Assembly (NCBI RefSeq): GCF_964204645.1
Contig: NC_134028.1
Span: 20,580,345 to 20,644,344, forward strand
Reading direction: 5' to 3'
DNA: 64,000 nucleotides
DNA from: Tubulanus polymorphus
Taxonomy: Eukaryota > Animalia > Nemertea
A model generated the notes under the pieces. That model did no database searches, had not been told where the DNA came from, and saw only the letters and a list, made by a program, of their open reading frames with translations. The position numbers and the translations under genes were made by a program. Position 1 is the first letter of the stretch. Every line of letters starts with the position of its first letter. Positions 50,801 to 64,000 of this stretch are shown here, piece by piece.

Positions 50801-53800
50801 AGGCTTAAGGAAATTGAAATGGTGAACATTATCTGGGAGATCATATTCTACACGATATATGTTGGAATTCTGATGGTTTTGTCTTATGAAAATCGAGATA
50901 CGAGATCTCACTATTTCTATAAAGACATAGAGAACATCTTCTACAACGATAGATACACCAGAAACAACACCGTTGGAACTTATGCCTTATCCGCCGTGAG
51001 TTTTTTATGGTTGTGAGCAATTGGATCGTTTTTAATACCCTCTAATAAACCCTTAAACTAATGAGATGCCTCTTTGTAAAAAGATCCAGATTCCGAAATT
51101 CGAAGATATGATAAACTTGGAACTTATCAAACTTGCATACGGATTTGTGAATAGCTAACTTCCGCAACAAATTTTAAATATATTTAATTGGAATTCATTT
51201 AATCACAGATATAATACCAGAGCTCGAAACCACCCCAGAATCTAGGCCCGCGAAACTAGCATTTTCAATAAGCCGTTCCTCTGTAAAGTTCCTCCAATTT
51301 GGCAAAGCCAACCTGCACTCATTAAATCCGCCCCAACCATCAGCACCCTCGTAAGTAGTAAGCTACTTGATTGATGTACACTTTAAAATATATTTTCATT
51401 CAGAGAGACTTCCGCATGACATAAATTTATCTTGCATTTTTCATCGTTTCATCCCTTTTCATTTCTTTTATTTTATTTGTTCGTTTTTATGTCGAGGTGC
51501 CTGAACATCCTTTTAAATACAACCTTTATTGCTCTACTCGGACTCCTGTCACTTCAATGTCTGTAACCTATTTTGTTTTAAGGTATTCATTTTCTACATA
51601 TTGATGGTGACAAGTAAACTACTATAGTATACTATACTCTACTACGAAATACTCAGCATTTCGGGGTATCTTATTTCTTATTTTCTTATGATACGTTTTC
51701 ATCGGTCACTTTCGTTGCCTGTTTCTGCAGGTGAGGAATTTCGATCAGTTTTGGGATTACGCCGAAAAATCGCTGGTGCCTGGAATGTTCGGGTACGATA
51801 TGTTCCCGGGTGATGATTGGTACAAATATAAGAATTACATCGTTGATCGACAGGCGTTGAGAGTCTGCGTTCCACGTCTACGTCAGTTACGAACAAAACC
51901 TGGTAAGTTTTCCTGTTTTGGCTAAATCGCTATTGGTTCTAAAAGATACAACTCATATGTTCATCGGTAATCGAGAACAGTTGCTTTAATTTCGTTTCCA
52001 AATAAACTTTTTACGTACTTATACATTCATTTTAGTAGTAAATATCGTTTTAGTCGCATGTAACTCGAGATTAGATCGGTTATTTGGTGATGTGTGCCGG
52101 CCTAGCTATAGTATGTTTAGCCAAGAAGAAGGGAATTACAAAGCTGGATGGATTCCCGTTAATAAATCAGGTGAATACACGCCATCTGGAAAATGAGTAT
52201 CTAATTCAATATGCAAATAAGATATTAATGTATGCATAGTGCGTAGTTCCAGCCTGAAAGTGAATTCCATCGCTCCTTCGAGAAATGATGGCAGATGCCG
52301 TAACCCCCCCCCCCCCCGTATAAAATGCCCGCATTAATGATTCGAATGAAATCAATTCTCTCGACGTCAATTTTAGATTTGGACGTTGTTTATATTTTCT
52401 TGAATTTACATGTAGAGATTTCGATATTCTAGATCCAAACGATAAACCGGATTATGGGTTCGGTTACTCGTCGGCCTGGAAACTCAAGGGTTCGCCTACG
52501 TCTGGGAAATTTGCCACGTACTCCGGTGGCGGTTACGTAGTAAACTTGGGAACGCAGCCGAAACAAGCTCTGCGCACTCTAAAAACGATTAAAGCTGGAA
52601 ACTGGTTGGATAAGAATACAAGATGTATCATCATCGAGTTTTTGCTTTACAACAACAACGTTCGCTTGTATGGTGTGGCGTTTCTCCTCGTGGAATTCCT
52701 AAATAGTGGAGGTAATCACATACATAGTGAATATAAAGAGGAGCTTATGATTATTAATGCAATATGGCTGCGCCCGATCAATGGACTACATTACAGTCCT
52801 GACTATAGACAGTTGTAAAACAAGGTTATCTGTCGACAAAAACTCCAATATTGTTTTCCTATCAAATTCAAGATTCATTGATTGCATTTTTATATAAGTA
52901 TATTTTATTTCATATTTGAAAGATATCGAATTATGTCTATGTGTATGAGCCCGTAGTAGCCACCATATCACGAAGCCCGTTGAAAACGTGTTGAGATGAA
53001 CAAATATCGAAAAAAACCAATTGTATTCCCAATTAAAAAATCCATATCACTTGATGCAATTGTTTGATTCAGAATCGTGCTCTCAATTCAGGGGCGTTTA
53101 CAAAGTATAAAGTGACAGTAATGCGCCTGGAGAAAGGAATGACACCGACGAACTCAGTGATGTTCTTTTTCCAATTCATTTTTCTCGGGTTCTTGATCTA
53201 CTTCGCGGTGCGCGCTTCGAAGAGACTGCGGAAAATCGGTCGACGTCAATATTTTAATGTAAGTATAAAATGCGTGAACATATGAAGATTAGAACGGAGA
53301 CGTAATTTTTTTGCATCGGATTTGACTGAACTTCTTTTTTTTCGAATAACTCACTATCTAACTATTCGTTATCTGGCTTTTGACGCCGTCAAAACCTTTA
53401 CAATAATGTTTATATGATTGCGTTATACAAGGCGTTCTGTTTTGAGTCGATGTGTACTACGTCATCAATATTGGCGTTGCAAAATAACAATTAAAACTGT
53501 GAATTTTGGAATTCCTTTCTGATTAGATATGTTTCATGATTCTCATTTTATTTTTGATAAATTTCAATAAATAGTTTTTTGAAGATGCGGACTAAGTCAT
53601 CAATAAATCGGTGTTAGACTGGTTGCCAGTCAATTCAATTCAATAATCGATATATTAAAATCCGAAATAACTTTCTTGATCATTGATATTGTATAATTTA
53701 TAACGAATTATTTGTTGTCGACAATATTTAAGGCAATATATGCGTTATTTTAAGGCGTCAATAAACGTTCAAGTTCGTTTTCTTTACAGTCATTTTGGGA

Positions 53801-55996
53801 TGTTTACGAGTTTGCGGTGATACTCATGGGATTTGTGGCCATATTCATGCAAATAGTGAGATTCTTCGGGGCGTACGCGATGGCTGAAATGATGGTGGAC
53901 AGGACCAAATTCATAAATCTTGACTATGTCGTTTTGTACGACGAGGTAATTTTCACAGAATAAAACTAACGAATTGAGGAAATGATAAACTATGTAACGT
54001 TTGTGATTGTTATCTGTTTGTATAATGTTAAAAGAGATCTGTCTATATTTACAGTTGTCGGTTTATTTACTCGCAATGATCGTATTCCTATCGACACTTC
54101 AAGGGCTGAAACTCCTGCGATTTAACAAAAGAATTTGCGCCCTGGCCTTGATGATGAAGTGGTTGTCCTGGCCACTAATGCGATTTATGGTCGTGTTCTT
54201 AGTTCTGTTTTTCGGATTTGTTAGTTTGTGTCACCTGAAGTTCATGGTCCGTTTAAGAGAATATTCAACGTTCATAGCTAGTATGGAGACATTATTGAAC
54301 ATGATGTTAAGTAAGTGTTATTACTAGGATCTCACTGAATGATGTTCTACTATAGGGATATAGGTTCAGAGGGTTCCATCCGGACGTTACGGATTTGGGT
54401 GTCACCCATTCGGTCTCTATTAAAGCCCAACGAACGCAGAACTGGGAAAACAGGTGATAGAAACGTGTTTCTGGGCGTTTCTCTCGATCACTAGCGTTTA
54501 CAAGAAACGATAAACATTGTTTCGGGAAAAGATGTTTCCGAGGTCAAACGTGTTTTCGTTTGTCGTATGTATTGGGCTTGAAACACAAAAGGGAAATACA
54601 ACAGAGAAACACGGGAAACACGTGCTTCCTGTTTCTGTGTTTCACCGCGTCGTGTACGTTGCGCTTAAGTGACGGGGAGGGGGGTCCATTTTGAGGTTTC
54701 CGAATCGACCATTCTCACGCCCAAATTATTTAAGTTGTATAACGTTTCAATCTATTATATACCTCCATTCTAGATAAATTCAATTTCCGACGAATGCAGG
54801 CAGTCAGTCCCGTGATGGCTCCGCTAATGTTCGTGGCATTCGTTATCATCGTAAATTTCATGATGGTTAACTTCATGGTTGCGATCATTTTGGAGGGCTA
54901 CACGTACGCGATGGATTGCATAGCTGGACAAGCGAACGAGTATGAAATTGTTGATTTTATGATGCAGTCACTCAAAAAAGCCATCGGTATGACTAGAATA
55001 GAAGGGAATCCCACAGAATGCCGGTTGGAATATTTGGAAGGTAAACTAATCTATTTATTTCTTGGATACATTTATCTACATAATGCTAGCTTGATATATG
55101 GTAATCTTTATAGCATATCATCAAAATTAATTGAACTATAACAATCAAACGATAAACCCAAATTTTTCACGTTCCCCGGCTGTTTGCGAAATTGGGTTTG
55201 TTATTTTGTGTTTGTAAGACAGGATTTAAGTTCTACAGTACATTTGCAGATTGGCTTTATTCGAAACTAGTTTCACAGTTCTTGAACTAATTTGACTAGA
55301 ACCTAGATTATCGGTTGTGGGTTTTATTTATATATGGAGTCTCACCAATCAATTATTCGCTCGAGGAACTAGCTTCGAAATATTCCCCAGTTATTAAAAT
55401 CAGTAAATATACGTAAAATGTAAACAAATACATGCAACATTCGTATACGTATATACCAAAAGTATTCAATTCATTCTCATTCACCTGATGAAGCTTCTAT
55501 GCTAAGTAGCGAAAGCTTGTGCGTCAAATTAATAGATAACCTATATAGTTACTACTCGTCTCGTTATTTATACCAAAAGTAGTATAATGACCAATTCTAC
55601 AAATTTCAGTTTATAATCTAATTTTCAACGCAACTTATCCTCATGAACTGAATGTTTATACATTTCCCTCACAGATTCCTTGCATAGTATTTTCAGAACA
55701 TCCTTTGAATTTGATAAACAGTTTCTGCTGTTTTTCGACCTCAAACAACATCCAAATATCCGTTGATCTTCCTCCTTACACTGAGGTATATGTGGATTTG
55801 ATGTGTTCGGTTTACAGGAGCCCAAGACAGCGCGGATGAGAAGTGCCGTGAGCTTTCGAACCGAGTCGATTTGATCATCGACAGGCTGGAGAACTACATT
55901 AAAAAACAAGCCGACAGCAAAGACGTAATGGCCGAACTGGAGGAAATGAAGAAGTCGTCGGAAAAATCTAAAAAACGAAATATCATCATCAGTTAA
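29897..55996 (+). CDS. Polycystin-1-family (PKD1L/REJ-like) multi-exon gene; first exon(s) not resolved
   Basis: More than 30 GT-AG exons encode PKD repeats (FGDGT, YTKSGTYDVSLNAMNDVS), a REJ module (TYDPDDP..FDWYC), a GPS (CLYWNTKTEEWSNAGC..TQCKCTHLTTF), PLAT/LH2 (GTTAQVSFVLTGEDGDTGPR, WHDNGGKNPSWF), HIWLSVFKRPPKSNFTRVQRLTCC, and a polycystin channel domain (YSGGGYVVNL, WLDKNTR, NFMVAIIL). Stop at 55994-55996; AATAAA at ~56477. Confidence 0.92.
30076..30531. mobile_element. MITE, probably PIF/Harbinger-type
   Basis: TIRs gggccggttgctcaaaggttggt ... accaacctttgagcaaccgttcc; intronic. Confidence 0.75.
32145..32348. mobile_element. MITE with ~50-bp TIRs
   Basis: gacgggagaaatcccacaatagttcagtcaaaagatgaaaaattcttgaat ... 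attcaagaatttttcatctttgactgaattattgtgggatttctctcgtc. Confidence 0.85.
33080..33189. mobile_element. Palindromic mini-MITE (Harbinger-like, CTG/CAG flanks)
   Basis: gggccggtcttatagaattgtattac..gggggct / agcccccg..gtaataccggttctatgaaatcgggcc. Confidence 0.7.
38569..41007. mobile_element. MITE of the same family as 32145-32348, interrupted by the IS3EU-like element
   Basis: Ends cgggagaaatcccataataaattcagccaaagg and ctttggctgaattattgtgggatttctcacg. Confidence 0.75.
38741..40708. mobile_element. Non-autonomous DNA transposon, IS3EU-like
   Basis: TIRs of ~150 bp beginning TATGGAAGACCTCAGACG with internal catacgagat repeats; 6-bp TSD CAAAAC (38735-38740, 40709-40714). Confidence 0.8.
46994..47575 (+). 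other. GPS autoproteolysis motif of the polycystin gene, split over two exons
   Basis: C-x2-W...W...GC...C-x-C-x-H-L|T-T-F with HLT at 47558-47566. Confidence 0.85.
51070..51365 (+). mobile_element. 3' remnant of an L2/Crack-type LINE ORF2
   Basis: PLCKKIQIPKFEDMINLELIKLAYGFVNS*LP...HRYNTRARN...PPIWQSQP..IKSAPT, a typical LINE C-terminus with stops. Confidence 0.7.
54419..54668. mobile_element. Possible MITE
   Basis: Imperfect TIRs aagcccaacgaacg / cgtacgttgcgctt with internal gaaacac/gtgtttc repeats. Confidence 0.45.
55482..55521 (+). ncRNA. Minimal type I hammerhead ribozyme motif (Penelope-associated type)
   Basis: cac-CTGATGA-agcttct..agtagc-GAAA-gc-TT-gtg, within a 104-bp insert flanked by the direct repeat TATACCAAAAGTA. 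Confidence 0.65.
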
Positions 55997-58900
55997 ACGC
56001 TGAAAGATTTAAGACATTTAAGAGATTTAAGTCTCGTTTGAATTACTGCACATTATGTTGATAATAATTCTATTTGCATTGCTCGAAAACGATGAAGTGA
56101 AGTTGACCTGATATATCCAATAACTCGACTGATCCTCGGCTCAGTCACTCGCTACAGGATGGTAGTGTGAAGGGATCCGTTGAGAAGGCTCCGACTCGAC
56201 CGTTATACTCAGTCAGTCACTACAACGGACAGTAGTGTAAGAGGCCCGAATCATTTACAAAACATACTTTACCTTCCATTAACATTATATTTGCATTGAA
56301 CTTGAGTGTTTTTTTTTGCTCTAAGTGGACCGGTATGAGTCCAAATCCGTTAAAAATCTGTTTTGATTATTGATCGCTCTTGAGTCGTGTAAATATTTTC
56401 ATAATTTATGCAATCTACAATTCTCAATGACTAATTTTTCATTGCAATGTATTCTTAAAATTTGCTTCTTCTCAAAATAAATGCATGAAATTTAATATGT
56501 TGGAATTTGATTTTCCACGTTAGAATCATGCTAAATCGATCAATATTCGTCCGACGATACAACAACTGAATTATATCATTGTTTTTGCCTCTTATGAATA
56601 GTTCATAAAGATTCATGTATCCACAATTGAATACCAGGTCGAATTTTAATTTACCATGGATGATGAGATAATTTAACCATTTTCAAAGAATATATCATCG
56701 AATTTTTTGTTCTATCGAGTAGGGTTATATAAAGCAATTGAGTATTTTTATTTGTAATCGTCCAACAAACACAAGGCAAGGTTCGCCCCGGCTAACTGGT
56801 TGAGCGATATCGAGTAAGAAGGAGCCTAGTCAGTAACCTGACTGTGGTTTAGTTTCACGATCGGATATTTTCACAAGGGAGGTGGGAGTGAACTCCCACC
56901 TCCCTGTTTTCACAAACCACAGTCAGGAATGGGAAGGTCATTTTTCAATGAAATTTTTTTGGGTAATTTGCCCGGCATTTCATTGTCTCTTAAGATATCC
57001 GTCTAATTTTTGTTGTAATCAACGCAAAACAGATTCGTAGTTTGTTTGATACCTATAACACCGCACCTGACGATCTTAATCCATGTGAAAATCGGCCGTA
57101 AAGTGAGAGTAAACGATTCGACGGCGGCCATTTTGAAAACGTATGGAGGGTGCTGGCACCTGTGTACTGAGGCCAGCACAATAACACAAACTAACGAAAT
57201 GAAACGACGAAATTGAAAAAATTAAGAAATCAACACTAATTCAAATTTTTTCAACCAGAATTTATTTTTTCATTATCTATTATGGAAAACACGAAGATTT
57301 GAAATATAAGTTGGAAAACTAACAAAAATAAAAATTGTCGTAGCGTTTGAAAGTTTTATATAAATCCTTGTAGGTCACCTAGTCTATCATGCCACATGTA
57401 TGCAATACAGAGAAATGGCGGCCAATGGCGAAATTTGTGGAGAAATTAATTAATTTCTCGAAATAATGTTGATTAATCGCTCGAAACATACATAATATTG
57501 GAGTATTTCAAAAGGTACCTGTGTTAGTTTATGATTTAAGCCATTAATTGTGGACTGAACTCAATAGAAAGTATATTTTGGAAGTGTTACTTTTTTCAAA
57601 CGTGTTTTGACCCTTGTCATCCCTAACGTTGGTATAAGCCCATCCGATTGTAAAAAGCTTACCACCAACGATTAGGTAACTAACTAGAAGGAGCCTATCG
57701 AAGTTGAAAAATAGCATATAAATATAACCCATTAGACATCTCTGATATTTGGGTAGAATTTCATATCACCCATTATAGGCACTCGCGTATTATGCGATTC
57801 ATGTGTCAAGACTACGTGGACCGTTGTTGCATTAGTTTAGTGTTAAAATCTGATAAACATCTTGAGGATTTAATTAGTAATATCTCCAATAGCTTTGATT
57901 CATGAAGTCTTTTAGGTTAAAAACTGACCACAGTTATCACACAGAGCCCTAGCAATGAAGTAAACAACATAACGCCTTATGACATCTAGTTTCTAGGGAT
58001 TCTACGAGATTTTATTCGAGGTTTTTTAACTGTAATTAAATAAAATGTATATTAAGAATATACGTAACAACCTACAGACATCTCCGTGAATAGTTTATAC
58101 ATTGAAAACCAATCTAACAATTATGATAAGTGAAAAACTAGAATTGAATTGAGACATCCGACTAAGTACACAGGGAATTGAATGAATATGTTTTTCATCT
58201 AGTGTGAAAACGCTTCAACCGTCTACACGGGGTACTTTTCATACAAACTAATAGCTGTTTGTACCGCGTCTAGTGCGCACCATCACATATTGACAGGTTG
58301 GATGTGCCCACCATGGCAGGGTTTCGATCCGGGGCAGAGTTTCAATTCATCACTGTAAGGATTTGTTTGATACATCCTTTAGGTCAGGAGTATACCACTG
58401 ATTAGGGGGTCTTAACCCCTAAATATCACCATAAGATACAAAATAGATTTCATAAATATACACTATTCCCATTTGTATTCTGCTCCGCACCGATTATGAT
58501 AAGAATACATTTCCCGGAATGCTGTTTATCATTGATTGTGAGTTTTTAAGCGTTCGTGACTCCCTCCTGCACCGTAAGCGCAATTAACAATGACCAAGCA
58601 ACTTTTTACCAGGCCAGATAGTCCATGGACATAAAGAGAACATAAAATTGCCATCCCCTCTCTCCACGCCTGAACAGTTTGGGCTATTCGACGTGATTGA
58701 TAAGCCCCTGATCACTAAAGAATAATGGGACACTGGCACTAACAGATGGCGCATAAAAACATTGGGTCATTCGTAGTGAAAATCAGTTCATTTTCAATGA
58801 AAGTTAGTTGATTTTTAGGCTTCCGTGCCCGACATTTATCAAACGAGGCATCGAATAGATATACGATTCCCTTTCTCACTCAGTGTATGTTACAGATTTC

Positions 58901-60051
58901 ACTGAATATTTAGTTAATAATCGGAAAAACTTGCTCGAATTTTGTCTCCAGCGACTTCAGGGTCCGATCTAAGCACTTGTCCGATTGCCCGGGACAAGTA
59001 TATTCTCACCAGGGCAAGTAGGTAATCTTTATCACTTGTCCGCCGTGCTAGTGCAATCTTATGTCACAAAGCTTTTTTCCACTCGATACTCGGATGATAG
59101 TGACACCAATCGTCGGACTGCCCGTGAAGGGCAAATATTTTTTGTAGGGGCCACACTGCTACGTATTCTTCGTCAATTTATTTCCTCTGCTGAATTATTC
59201 GAAAACAAATGGAATCAATGCTTTAATTTTGAAGTCAACATAGGCACAGAACACACTCGTGTTCAGATCTCTACAGTTGTTGGTCAATAATATTTATATC
59301 TATGGAGATCTTTTCACAGTCCGTAATTTTCTTATTGAAGTTCTGCATAGTTTCTTTTGAACACTTATCTTACTTTTTTCATTCAGTTTATTTCCCTATT
59401 TGCACTCCTACAGTTAGTTTACTGACTCAACGAAATCAAATTAAATCTTGCACGACGTTTGAATGCAATATATATATATTCATTTCAACGATTAAATCTT
59501 TGTAGAAAAATGGAATTATCCTGTTGTGCAAAGAAGAAAATATTCAAGATCATCAAATTACATATAGATTTCAATTTGACGAATGGTAAAAATCTATATC
59601 TTCAAAGGTTAATTTTCAAGAATATCTTCAAGGAGTCCTATCAATTTTTTTTTTCAGTCGAACGAAAAGAAAATCGTTTTAACTTTTTCATGTATTACAG
59701 ATTTTTGCCTTTTAATCAGCGGGGATATTTTATTCTAAATTTCAATAAGGAGTAGTGCAGTTTATGGAATTTTCTCTTTAAATCTAAAATTGCTTTGGTA
59801 AATTAAACTTTTATTGTTCTCGCTAGAATTGATCTCAAATTGTTACCAAAAAAGATAATGATAACAAATCTGAAATTTCATTTATTTCTAAATGACCAAT
59901 TTCAAAGAATAAAGAAACATATTTCAAAGAAACATATTTTGCGAAGCCCAAATGGTGTCCGGGGGAAGAGAGCGCCATAAAACAGCGCAAACCCATGTTG
60001 ACAGACGACAGCAGGTCTACAAGTGACAGACGACAGACGGAACATAGCAGG

Positions 60052-61074
60052 ATGGATCAGTTACAGATTATGTTTACGGTCGCGACAGCTTTACTGGTTC
60101 TGTTTGCTCAGGGTGAGTTTGTATTTTAGCCAGCCCCACAATATACTGTCCACTTCAAATGCAGCTTAATTCGTAAAAACTCATTTCATCTCAATTGTTT
60201 TTTTTATTTCATCTCATATCATCTTCGTTTTCGACAACAGTTGTTTAAAGTCTGACATGCCACTCTCGTGTGTATAAAAGCCGTTATAAGGCAGAATATA
60301 ATACAATGAAACAGTTCGCTATTGACGGTAAGTATTTCATCTAATTTTTTCTAAATCTCAGTTATCCTTATTTTCAGTGACAGCAACTGTAATGAGATGC
60401 TACGATTGTGAATATCATAAAGACGGTTATAAGGCAGTATATGATGCGATGAAACAATTTGCTATTGACAGTAGTAAGTTTATCTTTATTCGCATTTTTT
60501 AATCGAAATCAATATAGATATAGACATTTTCAATGCAGTATTGTGACGCATCTTCCTAACAAGCGGAGACAAAATAACGACGCCCAACTTAAAAACAAAC
60601 TTACTGGCGTCATCCATGCCTAATCTGTTGAGCCCCCCGACAGTTAATTTGTTTCATCTGTTTCAGTTCTTTTGAAAAGAAACAACTCAAACGACATCGG
60701 AAAACGGTCATATTTTACCGACGGCTGTGAAACCAGCGATGATGTTCATAGCACAACGTGTCCCCTCAGCCGCGGTTATCAGTGCGGGGTAAGTAATGAT
60801 TTACAGTAATCGCCCCGGTGAATTTCGTTGATACGTTCATCGGTTTCAGAATTCGTTACTGTTCGTTTCATTTCAGAAATTGCAATACGAAAGTTCAGTG
60901 TTTATTCGGGGCTGTTTCAAAAATTGTAAAAGCGAATATCCTCTACCAAACAGCACTAAGTCTGTTGAACCGAAATGCTGCACCACCGACGAATGCAATA
61001 GCGCTCCCATCTATAGTATAGATATGATAATATTCGTTATGGTTGTTTCCGGTGTTTGGTTGTTTTCTAGATAA
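60052..61074 (+). CDS. GPI-anchored Ly6/uPAR three-finger protein (quiver/sleepless-like); exons 60052-60112, 60378-60473, 60667-60788, 60877-61074
   Basis: Signal peptide MDQLQIMFTVATALLVLFAQ, then RCYDC...GC...TC...QC...IRGCFKNC...KCCTTDECN (10 Cys) and a hydrophobic tail. Intron phases 1,1,0 join in frame. Confidence 0.88.
60241..60327 (+). pseudogene. Dead tandem duplicate of Ly6 exon 2
   Basis: YKAEYNTMKQFAID vs YKAVYDAMKQFAID; AG and GTAAGT sites are intact, but there is an in-frame TAA and the second Cys is lost. Confidence 0.75.
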
Positions 61075-62393
61075 GTGAAATTCGAGACCGAAAGTTAGGT
61101 TGCTTTTTAGGCTGACTATTTATTTTCAAACCTGGTTTATCATCACTCGATAACGTTTATAGTTGACTACCACAATAGCAATCAGAATACAGAGGGTGCA
61201 GAGTTTGCAACATTTTAAACAGATTTTTCTGAAATCAATTTTCTTCATGGATGCGATCAAACTAAGACATCGAAATAACGAAGGATGTAAATGGAGCGGG
61301 TCCATTTCATAGTTAATCGTCCTTCAAAAGAGCTGTGTTTCTCAGTGAAAAGAATAGGAAATTATAGTACCCGACGAAGAGCAAAGCTATACCCACAAAA
61401 TTACAAAACACTTTCGGATAGATGTGTATTGAGAACGCTGATCTCGTGTGACCATCCAAACTTTGGATGCGACAGCGAAACAAAATGCAAGACGCAGTTT
61501 CGCTTAGAGTTACAAACAGTAACTGTCAAAGTATCGTAATCGCTTATTCTTTTGTAAGGCGTAGATACCGACCAATTAGCATGTGCCGCTAATAATCACA
61601 ACCAACCCAGTCAGTTTACCTCTCGTAGACTAAAAGAACCAACTGAACACAGTTCTAGTTATAATGTACATGTGATAGGATTCATGAATTACTGACACAC
61701 GAAATCAATCAATAGATCTTTTAGTTGCACCAAAACACTTATATATCATCAATCGGTTAATTACCAGTATTTGGTTGATGCTTTCCAATTATAATGTATT
61801 TCATATAATCGATCTGTAAATTACCAGTATTTGGTTGATGTTCTTCAAAATACAAATGTATTTCATTTGTAAAATTTTCATTTGAAATGCTGATTATATA
61901 ATCTGTACTCAATAAAGTAAATGCCTGTAGCGCATAGTGAGTAAACTGTGTAACATCAGAGATCTGACTCAATTCATTAATTTTCACCACATTTCACGCC
62001 ATACCTGACTGGTCACTGGTCAACATTCCTGACTTCTTGCCTTTTGGTGGAACGACGGCGAAGATGATAAAGGTGGCGCCAGGAGCTGGTCAATTATCGG
62101 CGGCTACAAGTCCGGGACACAAAAGATGGCGGCTTTTGACAAAGTTGACTCCTGGAACAGATTGGGGGAAATTCTACCTATTTTAAATGGCATTTTCAAT
62201 TATCACTCTATCTACTTTGCTAGTACGCCTATTATCATATTGTAAAAATGAAATGTATATCTGCAAAATAGTTAAGCCGTTAATTTTGATTGGCCGAGGG
62301 TATGGGATTGATAACAAAAATGGTTAAAGAATAATTCTAAAACCCATAAAATCCCGAGGAAAACTATTTACATGGGATGGACAGAACTTGGAA

Positions 62394-64000
62394 AGTTGTT
62401 GTAGGAAGTCTATATTCGGGATTGGAAACTTCCGAGGAATCCTCAGATGATTGGATTCGAACCGTTTACGGTATGTTCCATTGCGCATGTCTATTGCACG
62501 CGACAGAACAATAATCTCCCGTTCGATATGGCTTCGATGTTTGACGTGAAAGATGAAACTAGGAAAAGATTTTCATATTTGAGTGTTTTGCGAGTTGATA
62601 TCGATATTGTTTATAGGTAATTCGATTTTCAGACTTATTTCCCGTTCGCATTGCTTTGTGGGAGATTTTATAACAGTTGATTTACAGTCGGGCTCAGTTA
62701 AACCTCGTCTTAAAAGAGAAACCACTGTCACAGTATTTAATACCGGCCGGACGCCTTCAGGTTTAATTCACTCGTCTGTCAGAAATATCTCAGCGAACAA
62801 GAATGTAAAAAATGGCGTTCGTTGCCGTACAGCCAGACACAGCTGTTAGCGACAGCTGGAAGACACGCCCACACATCGGTCACACCTACAGGTATCAGCT
62901 CTCTTACTGAACATGTCAAGTTGAAAGTTATATCTTTTTTTCTGGCGTTTCTAAACTGCTTAATTTGTTTTTTTCTTATCCAGATGAACCGAATTACTTG
63001 TTATTGTTGGGATTGGGGTCTCATGCAGTTGTTTGAGTGGAGGACTGGGAACCAAGAGGTCCCTAGATCGAAACCACCTGGCGTTGGCTGTCGAGACACA
63101 TGCATGGACTCAGCTCTGGTTACTCTGTCAGGTTGTGAGCCTTAACAACCTATAAAAAGGCCTTGGTCGTCTCTTAAGAACCACTAGGGTTACAGTGGTA
63201 CTAGCTGCTGGGACGAAAAACTCTTCTTATTACATGCTAGGTGGCGTTACGGCAATATAAACTTGTCCTATGTATTGGACACCGTCTGAAACAACTGGAA
63301 GCTCGTAAGTATCACCTGCTAAGAGGTTCCCGGGTACTTGTAAGTAATATCCGCACACCCCTTTCTGGAGAACTGTAAACTGCGAATCGTCAATGAAATC
63401 AATACATCACTAAATTCATTTCTAATGCCAAAAGAATTATTTATTTGTATTTTCAAGCACTGATACAAATTTGAATCGTATAGAACAAGGAAACGCGAAA
63501 CCTACAGAATTAGAACATACATCTTCTAGTATAATGCGATGCCGGTCAAATTATCCATCATTTCTAAATACTTTTTCTTTCTAGTTTTCTTTATTTTTTT
63601 TCAATGCATTTTTCAGAGATTTCAAATTGTTTCTTAGATCTTTGGCATTTTTTCTTACGTAATCGATAATCAGCGATTTGCCTTGTTTTGACTGAAATAC
63701 TTTCGCCAAAACGCTAGGTAGTTGTGAACCTTTTAACTTTAGATCGTCCAAGATCTTGCTGTTGACGATAGTTTCGCAATCTAATTTGCTCAGTGGTCCC
63801 GATATGGCCTTGCCGTAATGTTCGACAGCAAGAGATGATACCTGTCGATGAAACCAAACACATAATTGAAACTGCTATTTCCCGGAAAGCCCTTTAAATA
63901 CAATACTGAGATTATAAGAATATTAAGAGGTTATAGTGAGTGTAGCTGCGATGGATTAACACACGTGATAGGATTGAAAAAACGCTTTTTGACTATACGG
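62394..64000 (-). repeat. Copy C of the unclassified repeat (runs off the window end)
   Basis: Begins at the same agttgttgtaggaagtctatattcggg boundary as copy B and stays co-linear with it. Confidence 0.92.

Noticed and set aside
57064-57097. CTGACGA...GAAA as a hammerhead
   Set aside because: No convincing stem II or stem I pairing.
58290-58430. Possible tRNA-derived SINE (gtttcgatccg B-box-like motif)
   Set aside because: No clear A box, cloverleaf, tail or second copy in the window.

Overview
AT-rich, intron-containing animal (invertebrate-like) genomic DNA, not prokaryotic; most short ORFs in the track are exon fragments or shadows. The centrepiece is a complete and very young 10.7-kb Ty3/Gypsy LTR element (14990-25731). 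It has 600-bp LTRs that differ at one position by eye, a GTTC TSD, a tRNA-Ala-like PBS and a PPT. It combines (i) gag and pol in one frame separated by a single UAG followed by a predicted stem/pseudoknot, (ii) an integrase ending in a chromodomain, (iii) an intact class I fusion env with matching splice donor and acceptor, and (iv) a 2.4-kb 3' region carrying an apparent multi-exon antisense gene. Host genes are a BHMT-like gene (-), a 5'-disrupted class A GPCR (-), a ~26-kb polycystin-1/REJ-like gene (+) and a GPI-anchored Ly6/three-finger gene (+). Other repeats include a ~6.2-kb diverged palindrome with head-to-head decayed ORFs, a near-identical direct repeat 59.8 kb apart, an IS3EU-like element nested in a MITE, LINE and Penelope remnants, and a minimal hammerhead ribozyme insertion. 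All calls were made by eye and by manual translation; no database searches were run.
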